A DNA stretch of 64,000 nt, from NCBI GenBank assembly GCA_000092065.1, contig CP000586.1; one strand, written 5' to 3'. A program made the translations under genes and the position numbers. Below are positions 28,158 to 38,803 of the stretch, piece by piece. The stretch is from Ostreococcus lucimarinus. Taxonomy: Eukaryota. The notes beneath the pieces are model-generated. The model did no database searches and was not told where the DNA came from. It worked only from the letters and a program-made list of their open reading frames with translations. How positions within the stretch are numbered: the stretch's first letter is position 1; each line of letters opens with the position of its first letter.

Positions 28158-31100
28158 CTAGCAAATTTCGAGTGACTTGAGCGGCGTTGCAGCCGTCGCT
28201 TGCGCTGGTTTGAAATTCAAGAGCGTTTGAAGTCGAGTCTTTGACTGCGCCGAAAGCTGTCCCACGACGCTGCGGAACGGGTCCGCGCACGCTGCAGCTA
28301 GCCTCACCAAGATCGAGGACGCTAATGTACCGCATGTTGTGTCGATAGCCCTATCTGGTATTCCTTCAGGCGAAGTGACATCGACCGCGATGGCGAGGAA
28401 GATAGCGAGCGACGTCAAGCACATCTTGTCGTCCTTCTCATCTTTCAGTAAAAGGAAAGCGGCAGCCCAAGTCTGTAAGCTTTCAGTCACAAAATCCATT
28501 GAATCCAAACTCTTTGCGACGCCGTCGATCTTTTTGGCGTAGAATTTCCGAATTACCGAGCGCGCACACCCGGCAAGAGTGTGTCCAGTCATCGTCAACG
28601 CCAGAAGCATCACATCAGAATCGGCCAGGCGTATCCCTCGAAGCGCACTGAGACGATACTTTGCTAGAGATGGGTCGGTGAATAAATGCTGCATCAAAGC
28701 ATCGACACGCGTCGCTGCTCGTTTACTTCTCTTAGCTAGACGCAAAGACGTAATCATCATTTTGCAGAAAGCGTCTTCGCCCGCCGCACCCTGGCACATG
28801 ATGTCGGCCAACAAGTTGGCGGTGTCCCAAAGCGCAATTGGCTGGATCTTGTCGCACGCAGTTAGAGCTTCGATGAAACATGCAACTTCGGTGAACACAT
28901 CTTCGCTGCTCGCATGTAGCGTCACCGCGTCACGTATGACGGCGATTTCGCTCGGAAGAAGGCCATATATTTGGCGAGAAATGAGGTTTTTCGCCGCACG
29001 AAGTGCGTGTATCACGTGAGACTTTGAAGGCAGACGAGGCGTCCCGAAGCCACAAATGATTGCCTTAAAGCAAAGTTGACGAACCAACTCGTGATTATCT
29101 GTTTGCTCTTGTACAATGGTGGAGATCGCAAAGATGATTGCCATCATCTCGTCGTCGGAGAACTGCTCGTTCGGATTTCGAACAGCGGCGATCCATTTCG
29201 CATTCATCGACATCAAAACGTCTTCAGGTATCACCGACGGAGCACTGGATGTGATTCTCGCAATACTCACAACGAGCGTATTTCTGGCTTGCGTTGCGAC
29301 AGTTTCGTTACACTCTTTGCCGCATAGAATCTTAGAGGTCCCCTCCTGCCAGTCGCGTGCAATCTTTGTCGCCACATTGGCCAGTCGTTGAGTCATAGCG
29401 GTGTCGTCGCCCGTGATACCACTCGTAAGCGCGCTCGAAACCAGGCGTAACAATGCTACAAACGCCTCCAGAGATGCATTACTCGCATCGGTCGCTCGCA
29501 TAGCTGATACAAGTTGGGCCTGGTATTGCTCCAAGACAAACGTCGCTCGACAATCCACATCTGCGACAGAGTCCGGATCCTCATCTTGTGCCCAAAGATC
29601 CATCAAGTTTGAGAACATCTCTAGACCTGGTGCGTGAAGCGCCATGACTGGGGACACCGAAAGCCGATATGCGACGTCAAACGCAGATTGGGAGTGCAAG
29701 GCAAGCCATTGGTCACCCGCGCCGGCGGTGGCGCTTCGTCGAGCCGCAGCGAGATTTCTGTGCTCAATTTCCTCGCCCACAAAGGACGGCACTTGCGATA
29801 GCAGCTGTGCTGCAAATAAACGCGTGCTCAATTTCGGCGCACCGCGCTCAATATCACGAGAAGCCCTGTCATCGAATGCACGAAGATCGACATCGCCACC
29901 GCCGTCATCGTCATCGTCATACGAGATGGACGCGACATTTTTCTCTGGACTCGCAGAGTATAAGGCCACGTTCGATAGATTCGTCATGCCTTCGCCTGGT
30001 CTAAGACGGCATACGTCTCTTACGAAGAGTTCTACGCAGCGCTCAATCGTTCGACGAGTTTTGGGGTCACTCTCGCGATCCAAAACAATTAGGAGTTCGG
30101 CGTCCAACCCAGACAGAGACGCCACGTTCGAGCTGTCTCGCTCGAGTAAATGTCTAAGCATCGACATTACCGCCTTTGTTGTCGATGAATCCGTCGCTGT
30201 TTTTAACATCACTCGAAGGTCCGCCAGAAGCGCGCGTCCTCGCTTCGTTCTCGGAGTGAAGGTCGCGATATGCTGCAAAAACACAGTAGACTCCAGGTTC
30301 GCTGCGGGTTCGTCGCTTTCGCCAAGAATTTCAATCAACGATTCTGCACGCTTGAATATGAGAGAATCGTGATCCAAGTCTGGGCCAATGGCCGATACAG
30401 CCGTATTCACTAAGCGCGCTGCGGTGACACGAGTCAGCACTCCGTTATCTTCGTCCATCAAGAACGGTGCGTCTGCCAACGCGAGGGCTAAATTGACGCT
30501 GTCTTCGGCGTCCCTCACAAAACTCTGACCAGTGTGTGAACCAATTACGCATATTCCATGCGCTGACCATATATGTGACGAACGAGTGTGATCAACCTGC
30601 ATGCTCATCTGCAGTAAATTTGTGATCGCGGGCGTGCACGCCTGTCTCAGCGCCATTGCGCCAGCGTTGCGGAACGTCGCAGCGATGGACAAAGCCGCGA
30701 TGTTTCGCGCCGACGTGTCTGCTGGCAGCGTGAGCAGGTCTTTCGATACTCGGATAGTTTCACCAACGAGACTATCAGAATCTGGATGAAGCGCATTTGC
30801 ATAAGCTGTGATTTCTGCAATAGCGCGCCAGTGTTGCGTTGATGAAAACTCGGCATAGCGAATGACATTCGCCACCTTTTTGAACTGAGACATTATCACG
30901 GAGTCTTGAGTCTTCGTGTTCTCGACGATGTGTTTCACAGCCGAGAGGACATCGGCGCTCAACAAAGTAAGCATCGTCACGCGCTCGTTGTACTCGTCGA
31001 TTCCATCCGATTTCGTCCTTCGAGACTTGAATGGCGAGCCCAGTGCACTCAGTGCTTTGCTCTGAATGACGTCGATGGCGTTTTGCTTTTTCGGTATAAA

Positions 31101-33470
31101 AACACCTTGCTCGCACAGTTCGCGCGCGTCAGACGGTGTATCGATCACTCGATGAGCGGTGTTGAGAAAGTGATGCAAGATGCCCATGCGCAGCTCTGGC
31201 GATGCCGTGAACACTCGAGCCATTTGTAAGCCCTGCGCCTGTCGCGTCGCTGCTCGCATAGATCGCGCTTTAGGATATGCATGCGTTTCAGACAAACCAA
31301 TCCAGACGCGTGGATGAGGCGAGTCAGCCGATCCTTCGAAGGTGTGTAACTCATCCAAGTTGACATCAGAATTTGTCGGCCAAGGTCCGAGATGCGAGTC
31401 TTCTGTGCTTAGTTGCGCCTTCAGAAAGTTCTCTGGTTGACGTTCATCGATTTGCGCCGAAGACCGCGAAGCTGTTTGACACAGTGCCACGATTCGACCG
31501 TGCAACTCGCTGTAAAATCCCGTATCCTCGACCGAGTTGAGAAGTTCAAACATTCTAAACCGAAACAATGACTTTGCACGCTCGTCGGCAACAGAAATTT
31601 GTCTAGCGCTTAGTATGCGTTCCGTAGCCGTGATGCCCGAAAGCAGCAGAGGTATGAGACTCGACGATTCACTTTGTTTCCCTATGAGCCATGCAGACAG
31701 GGCTTCGGCGGCGGCAGCGGCGGCGTATATCTCGCCTGGTTCGCCCTCAACTCCACTTTCCACGACTGCGTCGAACGTTGCAGTCAGCGCGAACTTGATC
31801 GAAACGCCGCACATCTCAGACGCCACAGTGGCACCGGAACCGACAAGACACGCGGAGATGACGATCCATCCACCTTCGCGCACGCGTGCGCTTCCTGGTC
31901 CCGTCGCGCACTTGATACCAAGTGCAACCGCATCACGAAGTATATTCGACGGTAAGCCGCACGTGAACTCGGCACCAATCGAGACTAAGGTGGCGATGTG
32001 AAACGCCGCGCCGCACGCCGTGAGCGAATCGGCTTCATCTACCGCAGCAACAAGCGCCTTCAATTGTGCCATCGCCTCAAGAAGCTGCGCAACAAACTTG
32101 GTCGGACACGCAAGCGCAAGCGCGCGTAGCGCCAATGCGGCTTCGGCTTGAACGTTGCGGTCACCATGCGAGAGTGCTTTCACGATTGACTGCAAAGTTG
32201 GCGCCCAAAGTTCGTCATCCACGCTCCCGATGACTTCAATAGCATCCTTCGCGGTGCGCGCGGCTATCAGTAATCGACAAGCGTCAGTTGATGACAACGC
32301 TTCGATAGATGTCGCAAGAGTCGAACGAAGACTCGCTTCGTCTGCTTTTGCCAAGCATCCAACCCGAATAATGTAAATAGCGCACGCGCAGGCGTGTGGA
32401 TCGTCGTCCAGCGCATGCGAAAGCAGCGTCTTCACTGTGAATCCAACGACTTCGTGATGATCAGTGATACCGCCGCGCACGGATCTATTTATGAATGAAA
32501 TCCACGCGCGCGAAACACCGAGACACACGCGCTGATTCATCAAAGAACGCTCACGGCATGCGTTCATGAATGGGCCGTACAGAAACGTGCTCACCGCTCT
32601 CGCAAAGCGCGGTTCGCCAGAACTATCCTCGTTGTTCATTCGATCTTCGACCGAAACAGTCGCGCAAGCTAGAATCACGCTAGCGAGCGCGCCTGAAGCC
32701 GCATCTCGCACGCGCGCGCTATCGTCTTTCAGCGCGTGTAAGATTCGATCGACGACACCCGTGATGTCCAAATCGCTCGCGGATACAACGCCTTTTTCCT
32801 TGGACGCCGCCCACGCCAGCGCAAGAGCACCGATCGCGTCTACGAATGCCGCACGCACGCCCTTTGATCTATCGTGCTCCGACCGCACGAGCGTTTTATA
32901 CACCGCGGCGATACCTTTCCCGTCTAGCCCGCCCGCCGACTTCTCGCACGTCGCCGCAAGAAATCGCAACGCCGCGCGTCGACATCGCGCGTCATCATTC
33001 GGTCTCACACTCGCGCATGCCGCCCGTGCGTACGCCGACGCATTCCCAGACAATTTATCCCCAAACTTCTCGCCCAGTCGCATCAGCGCCTTAAACGCCG
33101 ACGCTTTTGCGAACGCCGTCGATTTCGAAGTCGTCGCCGCGTCCAACAGCTCGTTCGCCCGAGAATACAACGACCCACCATCCGTCGCCTCGTACAGCGC
33201 CCCAAGCGTCATCGACGCCCGCGTCGCCGACATCTCACCCTCTGGTCGCACCACGCACGCAACCAGCGCGTCCTCGGTCGCGCGAAGCGCGCGCACGGCG
33301 TCGTTTTTATCGCGCGCGTGCTCGATGAGTCCAGCCATCGCGTCAAACCTTTCGCGCGATTTCGCCGACGCCGACGTCGAAGTCGACGTTTGCGCGACAC
33401 CGCGTGCGAGGGCATGAGCGATGGCGTCGAGACCGTCCGCGAGCGCCGTCGGCGCGCTCGGCGTCGACAT
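28158..33470 (-). CDS. Large HEAT/ARM-repeat protein (1770 aa), specific family not resolved.
   Basis: Long uninterrupted ORF of complex, helix-rich, non-low-complexity sequence with recurring ~40-aa amphipathic helical pairs typical of HEAT repeats. No catalytic motifs seen. Confidence 0.55.
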   Translation of the reverse strand: MSTPSAPTALADGLDAIAHALARGVAQTSTSTSASAKSRERFDAMAGLIEHARDKNDAVRALRATEDALVACVVRPEGEMSATRASMTLGALYEATDGGSLYSRANELLDAATTSKSTAFAKASAFKALMRLGEKFGDKLSGNASAYARAACASVRPNDDARCRRAALRFLAATCEKSAGGLDGKGIAAVYKTLVRSEHDRSKGVRAAFVDAIGALALAWAASKEKGVVSASDLDITGVVDRILHALKDDSARVRDAASGALASVILACATVSVEDRMNNEDSSGEPRFARAVSTFLYGPFMNACRERSLMNQRVCLGVSRAWISFINRSVRGGITDHHEVVGFTVKTLLSHALDDDPHACACAIYIIRVGCLAKADEASLRSTLATSIEALSSTDACRLLIAARTAKDAIEVIGSVDDELWAPTLQSIVKALSHGDRNVQAEAALALRALALACPTKFVAQLLEAMAQLKALVAAVDEADSLTACGAAFHIATLVSIGAEFTCGLPSNILRDAVALGIKCATGPGSARVREGGWIVISACLVGSGATVASEMCGVSIKFALTATFDAVVESGVEGEPGEIYAAAAAAEALSAWLIGKQSESSSLIPLLLSGITATERILSARQISVADERAKSLFRFRMFELLNSVEDTGFYSELHGRIVALCQTASRSSAQIDERQPENFLKAQLSTEDSHLGPWPTNSDVNLDELHTFEGSADSPHPRVWIGLSETHAYPKARSMRAATRQAQGLQMARVFTASPELRMGILHHFLNTAHRVIDTPSDARELCEQGVFIPKKQNAIDVIQSKALSALGSPFKSRRTKSDGIDEYNERVTMLTLLSADVLSAVKHIVENTKTQDSVIMSQFKKVANVIRYAEFSSTQHWRAIAEITAYANALHPDSDSLVGETIRVSKDLLTLPADTSARNIAALSIAATFRNAGAMALRQACTPAITNLLQMSMQVDHTRSSHIWSAHGICVIGSHTGQSFVRDAEDSVNLALALADAPFLMDEDNGVLTRVTAARLVNTAVSAIGPDLDHDSLIFKRAESLIEILGESDEPAANLESTVFLQHIATFTPRTKRGRALLADLRVMLKTATDSSTTKAVMSMLRHLLERDSSNVASLSGLDAELLIVLDRESDPKTRRTIERCVELFVRDVCRLRPGEGMTNLSNVALYSASPEKNVASISYDDDDDGGGDVDLRAFDDRASRDIERGAPKLSTRLFAAQLLSQVPSFVGEEIEHRNLAAARRSATAGAGDQWLALHSQSAFDVAYRLSVSPVMALHAPGLEMFSNLMDLWAQDEDPDSVADVDCRATFVLEQYQAQLVSAMRATDASNASLEAFVALLRLVSSALTSGITGDDTAMTQRLANVATKIARDWQEGTSKILCGKECNETVATQARNTLVVSIARITSSAPSVIPEDVLMSMNAKWIAAVRNPNEQFSDDEMMAIIFAISTIVQEQTDNHELVRQLCFKAIICGFGTPRLPSKSHVIHALRAAKNLISRQIYGLLPSEIAVIRDAVTLHASSEDVFTEVACFIEALTACDKIQPIALWDTANLLADIMCQGAAGEDAFCKMMITSLRLAKRSKRAATRVDALMQHLFTDPSLAKYRLSALRGIRLADSDVMLLALTMTGHTLAGCARSVIRKFYAKKIDGVAKSLDSMDFVTESLQTWAAAFLLLKDEKDDKMCLTSLAIFLAIAVDVTSPEGIPDRAIDTTCGTLASSILVRLAAACADPFRSVVGQLSAQSKTRLQTLLNFKPAQATAATPLKSLEIC

Positions 33471-33623
33471 CGCTCAGCAATGCGGGTTCGACCCGAGCGT
33501 GTGGCGGTTGTGTCGATATTCGCCGGATGGACGGCATAATTCGACCCGCGTCGTCGAGGAGAGGACGAGGCGCGAGCCCAGACGCGCAAAGACGCTCGAT
33601 AAAAATACACACACTGCACCGCG

Positions 33624-34247
33624 ATGGCCACGCGACAGACCTACGTCATCGTCGTCAACTCTGACATACCGGGGAGCGGGCTGCAGGAAATTCTTGGGCT
33701 GCTCTGCAATCACAACAAACACCTGGAAAGCGTCGGTAACTCGGTGGATGCGTCGCCGTTCATCGACGTGAAGACTGCGTTCATCTCTAAGAAGCTCTCT
33801 GGCACGCACTCGTGGTGGGACGTCGATCGTAAGATGGATTGGAAGATTCACAACGTCGACGTCGTCGTTTGCACACAAGCAAGTCGCCGAGAAATGGGAG
33901 CAAAATGGCTGCATCACGCCGGGATGCGGTGGATTGCGGAACAAGATCTCGGGAAGACCGTTGATGTCGTAAGTCGAGTATTCGCGAAAATTCAGGACAT
34001 CGACATCGACTCGGAAGCGTACCTCGATGTGTCTGGCGGCGCTCGCGACGACGCGTTCGCGGTTCGAGAGATCTTTCGAAGAACCGAACACTGTCGCGGT
34101 CACTGGCTGAACGCGGATGAGGTTCAGGACGTTTCGACTCCAGATAAAAAGAAGGCCAACACGACGACAAAACGGACGAAAAGTCGAGAAGAGCGAGAAT
34201 CGTTGCGACCGTCGTTTCGACCGAGTTTCCAGCCATCGTTTCGATGA
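33624..34247 (+). CDS. Hypothetical protein (207 aa) in a locally lower-GC segment; function unknown.
   Basis: ORF between the HEAT-repeat gene start and the BRF1 gene stop. Sequence complexity is protein-like, but no family is recognised. A competing minus-strand ORF (33474-34103) abuts the HEAT gene start and is judged less likely. Confidence 0.3.
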   Translation: MATRQTYVIVVNSDIPGSGLQEILGLLCNHNKHLESVGNSVDASPFIDVKTAFISKKLSGTHSWWDVDRKMDWKIHNVDVVVCTQASRREMGAKWLHHAGMRWIAEQDLGKTVDVVSRVFAKIQDIDIDSEAYLDVSGGARDDAFAVREIFRRTEHCRGHWLNADEVQDVSTPDKKKANTTTKRTKSREERESLRPSFRPSFQPSFR

Positions 34248-34331
34248 ATCTTTCGTACGACTTTTGTTTTTCCTACAACTCTGTTTGGCTAATCATCATG
34301 GTACATTTCATCTACGTTGTCGTTACTGTGT

Positions 34332-36146
34332 CTACATGCCTCCCATCATTTGTTCTTCGTGCGCGCGAAGCAAGCGAACGACCTCCATCTCTTCGCTCGT
34401 TCTGAACATGTAATCAAGCTCTTCATCGTCGATAGCTTCAATCGCCAACGCATCCTCTCGTTCGATGCGTTCGGCGTCGGTTTCATTGAGAAGAGGATCA
34501 ATGCTCCGCTCAGCCATAGCCTTGGAGAAGATCTCACCCGCTTCGAAGACGCTCTCGCGAGTTTCTGGAGCCAGGGGTTTCATTTCAGTCGAGAGTAAGC
34601 GTTCCGGAACGCCCGCAAGCAGTAAGCCGTGCAGCATAACTTCCTGCCAGCCCAAGTCCTTGTCTTCCGGAAGACCGAAAGGTAAGTTCGGCTCTTCCGT
34701 AACCTTGGAGAACTTTATCACTGGCTTTTTGTCCTCAATCTTGTCGGGCACGTACTTCGGACGGCGAACGCCGCCGCGCGAGATCGTTCGCTTGCGCTTA
34801 GGCGCCACTTTCAACGGCTCAGCCAAAATGATCGGACCGGACATCGAAGAGGTGTTGCTTTCGAAAGGTGCGGACTCCGACTTGAGCTCTTCTTTCACTT
34901 CGTCGTCGTCGTCGTCCACAGATGCTTCGGGCGGAGGCATGATGCGGGCGGCGCCGAGATGCGTCGCTGCCGAGTGCTGACGCACTTTGGAAATGCTATC
35001 GAGCACTTTCGAACGCTCCTCGTACGCGGCTCGAAACGCAGGAGGGAGGCCGTCGACCACACTCGCCGGAGGCGCGATGTCCAACGTGGTCTTTTCCTTG
35101 CTGTTCTCTGCGGTGGCGATGAACCTAAAAGCGATGGGCAAGTAATCATCGAGTCGTTTCATGCACATGTCCTCCCCCCAAGGAAATTTTTGTGAAAATG
35201 TGATGATCTCCCCCAAAAGCTCCTTCAGACGCTTTCGCACTGACACACTTTGTACGCGCGAAGCCTGCGCTGCGCGCTCGACGGTTACCTTGACGCCGTG
35301 CAAGCGCGCGACGACGATGACGACGGCGGCGACGATGACGATTGGATCGCGGCCAATTAATAAACCACGAGAAAACGCAAACTTCAACAAAACCTTGGCG
35401 TCTCGCACCGTCGGAGCAATCATCACGCTCCGCGTCGTGCTCCCACGCTGCGGCTGCACGGTGGAGTTTTTGTTTGAAATCGCCGCGAGCTCTGGCAGCG
35501 CCGCCACCGCGCGCGCGACGTAATTCTCCGGATCTAACGGCGGCATCTTCAACCCGTGCAGCTCTTGCAGTTTATGAAACACCCGCCCAAGCGTGAACAC
35601 GTTCACCGAGCACGCCTCCGCCACCTCTCGCATGCTCACCGGCAAATTATTCTGTCTACACACCGAGTACACGCACGCTCCCGTCAACTGGCTCGTCCAC
35701 AACCCCTGTCCCCATTTCCCATCCGACGCTCGCGTCACCAGATCCTTCACCTCGGCGATGATATCCTTGTTCAACTTCAACAGCGCCCCCGTGTGTTCGA
35801 CCGATTTCGCGATGTGATACAAGTTCGTCGACTCGCGGTCTCGAAACATGTTTCTCGTCACGTGCGACGCCCCCGGCATGCTCACCATCTGCGCTCGCGC
35901 CGCCGCCAAGTGCGCGCCGACGTGCGCGCCATCCTGTAAGAACGTCCCATCCGCCGCGCCATCCTCCGTCCAATTCAGCGTCGTCTGCAGCACGCTCGCG
36001 TTATAGACGACGCCGCACGCTTGACAAATTTCGCTCCCGAGCGCGGGCTCGAGTTTGATTTCGTGTTTCCCGCAGTTCGGGCACGCGGGCACGCGCGCGG
36101 CGCCGGGATCATCCGCGGCGTACTCTCCGTGATGCGCCAGATCCAT
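34332..36146 (-). CDS. BRF1: Transcription factor IIIB subunit BRF1 (TFIIB-related factor): Zn-ribbon, two cyclin folds, BRF1 homology region.
   Basis: N-terminal Zn-ribbon CPNCGKHEI...CQACG. TFIIB-type cyclin repeats (KSVEHTGALLKLNKDIIAEVKDLV...; LTGACVYSVCRQNNLPVSMREVAEACSVNVFTLGRVFHKL). Long C-terminal extension with acidic block, consistent with BRF1 rather than TFIIB. Start at MDLAHHGE (36146). Confidence 0.75.
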   Translation of the reverse strand: MDLAHHGEYAADDPGAARVPACPNCGKHEIKLEPALGSEICQACGVVYNASVLQTTLNWTEDGAADGTFLQDGAHVGAHLAAARAQMVSMPGASHVTRNMFRDRESTNLYHIAKSVEHTGALLKLNKDIIAEVKDLVTRASDGKWGQGLWTSQLTGACVYSVCRQNNLPVSMREVAEACSVNVFTLGRVFHKLQELHGLKMPPLDPENYVARAVAALPELAAISNKNSTVQPQRGSTTRSVMIAPTVRDAKVLLKFAFSRGLLIGRDPIVIVAAVVIVVARLHGVKVTVERAAQASRVQSVSVRKRLKELLGEIITFSQKFPWGEDMCMKRLDDYLPIAFRFIATAENSKEKTTLDIAPPASVVDGLPPAFRAAYEERSKVLDSISKVRQHSAATHLGAARIMPPPEASVDDDDDEVKEELKSESAPFESNTSSMSGPIILAEPLKVAPKRKRTISRGGVRRPKYVPDKIEDKKPVIKFSKVTEEPNLPFGLPEDKDLGWQEVMLHGLLLAGVPERLLSTEMKPLAPETRESVFEAGEIFSKAMAERSIDPLLNETDAERIEREDALAIEAIDDEELDYMFRTSEEMEVVRLLRAHEEQMMGGM

Positions 36147-36420
36147 CGTCGCGGTCGCCGGCGCGTCGTCGCTCGAGCGCGCGCGTGTGACGCGCAATCG
36201 CAATCATTTCGACGCGACAAACGGACAAACGGGCACGTATGCGCAAACAGTGTGACGCGACCGCACACGCGACCGCACGCGCGCGCGCGCGTCGAGCCGC
36301 CCGCGCGCGTCGCGCGCGCGCGTCGCGACGACGCGCGTCGCGCTCGACGCGCGCGCGGCGACGCGCGCGCCCTCGCGGCGTCGGTCGCGGCGTCGGGACG
36401 CGACGGTTGGAAAAAGACGC

Positions 36421-37659
36421 ATGGCGACGCGCGACGACGCGAGCGCGACGTCGGTGTGGGAGGAAATCACCGCCATGGCGAGCGAAGACGGCGTCGTGGA
36501 TCTCGGTCAGGGATGGCCGGATTTCGGCGCGTCGATCGCCGCGCGCGAGGGCGCGGCGAGGGCGATGCTGGGGGACGGCGTCAGGGCGAATCAGTACGCG
36601 CCGGTTCGCGGCGACGCGCGAATGGTCGCGGCGTTGATTCGGTATTACGCCGCGACGGGATTCGATGTTGGACGGTGTGAGCGCGGAACGGTGGCGCGCG
36701 AGGAGTGCGTGGTGGTGACGGCGAGCGCGACGGAGGCGATTTACGGCGCGTTCCAAGCGGCGACGCGCGGTGGCGGCGACGGGACGTCGAGACGGGAAAT
36801 CGTCTTCGTGGAGCCGTTCTTTCCGTGGTATAAGGCCATCGCGGACGATGTAGGGGCAGTTTCTGTGGTCGTTCGCGCGCGCGCGGAAGATGGGTTTCGC
36901 GTCGACGTCGACGCCGTGCGCGCGGCGTGTTCGCGCGATCGAACGGCGTTGCTCGTCATGTGCTCTCCGCACAATCCCACCGGACACGTGATGACGCAGG
37001 ACGAGCTTTTGGGCATAGCGGCGCTGGCCGAGGACTTAGATTTGACCGTATTGAGCGACGAAGTGTACGAGCGGTCGGTGTTCGGCGGTCGCGCGTTCAC
37101 GCGCCTCGCCACCGTGGGCGACATGAGCGCGCGCACCGTCACGATTGGTTCGGCGAGCAAGCTTTTAAACTTGACGGGCTGGCGCGTCGGCTGGGCCGTG
37201 GGGCCGAAACGTCTCGTCGACCCAATCAAATCGGCGCACAGTTTGATGTCATACACCGCGCCGAACCCTCTACAGATTGGCGTCGCCGAGGCGCTCGAGG
37301 AGATTTCGCGAAGCGCCGACGGCGCCGTCTCCAGCGACGAAAACGCCGCCGTCATGTTCGAAAACGCCAACGCGCTCGAGCGCGCCCTCTCCGACGTCGG
37401 CCTCAGCTGTTTCTCTCCTCCGGGCGGATACTTCTTGGTCTGCGACGTCGGAAAAACCGGTTTTTCCGACATGGAATTTTGTCGAGAGCTCGCCGCTCGC
37501 GCCAAGGTGTGCGCCGTCCCCATGTCCGTCTTCTTCCTCCCCTCCCCGACCGGCGACGTCCCGCGCCATCTCGTTCGTTTCGCCATCTGCAAAGTCCCAT
37601 CCACCGTCCTCGAGGCGTGCGCGCGCATTCGCGAGCACGCGCCGTACGTAGCGCCGTAG
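36421..37659 (+). CDS. Class I pyridoxal-phosphate aminotransferase, kynurenine aminotransferase/glutamine transaminase K-like.
   Basis: VVDLGQGWPDF (compare KAT NLGQGFPDF), NQYAPVRG, SPHNPTGHVMT, SASKLLNLTGWRVGWAVGP (PLP-lysine region SxSK...GxRxG). 412 aa. Confidence 0.75.
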   Translation: MATRDDASATSVWEEITAMASEDGVVDLGQGWPDFGASIAAREGAARAMLGDGVRANQYAPVRGDARMVAALIRYYAATGFDVGRCERGTVAREECVVVTASATEAIYGAFQAATRGGGDGTSRREIVFVEPFFPWYKAIADDVGAVSVVVRARAEDGFRVDVDAVRAACSRDRTALLVMCSPHNPTGHVMTQDELLGIAALAEDLDLTVLSDEVYERSVFGGRAFTRLATVGDMSARTVTIGSASKLLNLTGWRVGWAVGPKRLVDPIKSAHSLMSYTAPNPLQIGVAEALEEISRSADGAVSSDENAAVMFENANALERALSDVGLSCFSPPGGYFLVCDVGKTGFSDMEFCRELAARAKVCAVPMSVFFLPSPTGDVPRHLVRFAICKVPSTVLEACARIREHAPYVAP

Positions 37660-37805
37660 TCGTGTATCGCACATTCGTTCTCGCGTCCGAGTCGAGTCGC
37701 GCCGCGCCGCCGCGAGAGAAACCCTCAATTTTTGTCGGGGCCACGTCATCGCGACGTCACGCGCTTCACCGACGTCACTCCTCGACGCGTTCGCCGTCGC
37801 TCGCG

Positions 37806-37882
37806 ATGTCGACGATCGCGCGCGCCGCGCACATCGCTCCTCCGCGCCCGTCGCTCGCGTCCTCGCGCCGCGCGCGCGTCGT

Positions 37883-37917
<35 letters not shown>

Positions 37918-38636
37918 GCGTCGCGCGTCGCGAACGCGACTCGCGCGACCGACTCGACGCGGCGACGAAAGGCGCGGCGACGCGCGACGAGACGCGCGCG
38001 ATGACGACGCCCGCGGCGGCGGTGAGCGCGCTGGCGCTGTTCCAGCTCGCGGACGGCGGCCTGGCCGAGGGCACGGCGAACTCGTACTACGCCACGCTGT
38101 TTCTGTTCGTGCTGAGCGCGCCGGGATTGTACTCGCTCGTCAAGCGGAGCGCCAAGTCGAAGATCACGCGGAAGACGTTCGAACTCGATGGACCGAAAGT
38201 GCCCGGAGCGGCGTCGCAGGATGAGATCGCGCGCGATGTGGGTGCGTTTTTTCGTAGAAACAACTACGTCGTCGCCGACGCCGGAGAGGTGATTACGTTT
38301 GAAGGTAACATCGCCCCAGAACGCGGCACGGCGGCGTACATCACGTTTTGCGTGTTGATTGGATTGTTGTGCATCGGACTGGTGTGTTCGATCGCGTTGC
38401 CGGGTGGGGATGCGTGGTACGCGTTGGCGCTCGCGTCGCCGCTCTCGGGACAATATTATCTCGACAACGCCGGGCGCAAGGAGCAAGTCAAGGTGAAGAT
38501 GGTCACCTCGGACGACGACACCACGGTGGATATCACGGTCGAAGGTGACGCCGAGGAGATCGAGCGCTTCAGACGGGAGTTGGATCTGACGCCCAAGGGT
38601 ATGGTTCGCGTGAAGGGCATCCTCGAGCAGGCGTAG
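37806..38636 (+). CDS. Organelle-targeted membrane protein of unknown function (two hydrophobic segments; possible chloroplast biogenesis factor).
   Basis: The last 276 codons of ORF 36927-38636 form complex sequence starting MSTIARAAHIAPP... (Arg/Ser-rich transit-like) with TM segments YYATLFLFVLSAPGLYSLV and AAYITFCVLIGLLCIGLVCSIAL. The upstream part of the ORF is an alternate frame of the aminotransferase gene. Confidence 0.4.
37884..37916. repeat. (GTC)n microsatellite (~10 units) encoding a poly-Ser run near the 5' end of the membrane-protein gene.
   Basis: Direct reading: cgtcgtcgtcgtcgtcgtcgtcgtcgtcg. Confidence 0.9.
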
Positions 38637-38803
38637 GACGGCGCTCGCGTTCACCATCTCGCGCGTTCGTCGCGCAAACACGCACGCGCACGCGCGCGTG
38701 ACACCATGTTATTTCATTTAGCACGCACTCTACCTCTCGACCGATCAAGGCAAAGCGCGTCCTCCTCGTTCCCGCGCGTCTCGCGCGTCACTCGCCGACT
38801 CGC

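Noticed and set aside
33474-34103. 209-aa minus-strand ORF.
   Set aside because: It competes with + strand ORF 33624-34247 and abuts the HEAT gene ATG with no spacer. It is kept only as an alternative in the findings; the + ORF is preferred.
36109-37805. ORFs 36109-36987 (-), 36741-37628 (-) and 36927-37805 (+, upstream part of 36927-38636), plus other overlapping frames across the aminotransferase gene.
   Set aside because: Alternate or antisense frames of the clearly homologous KAT-like aminotransferase. Arg-rich.
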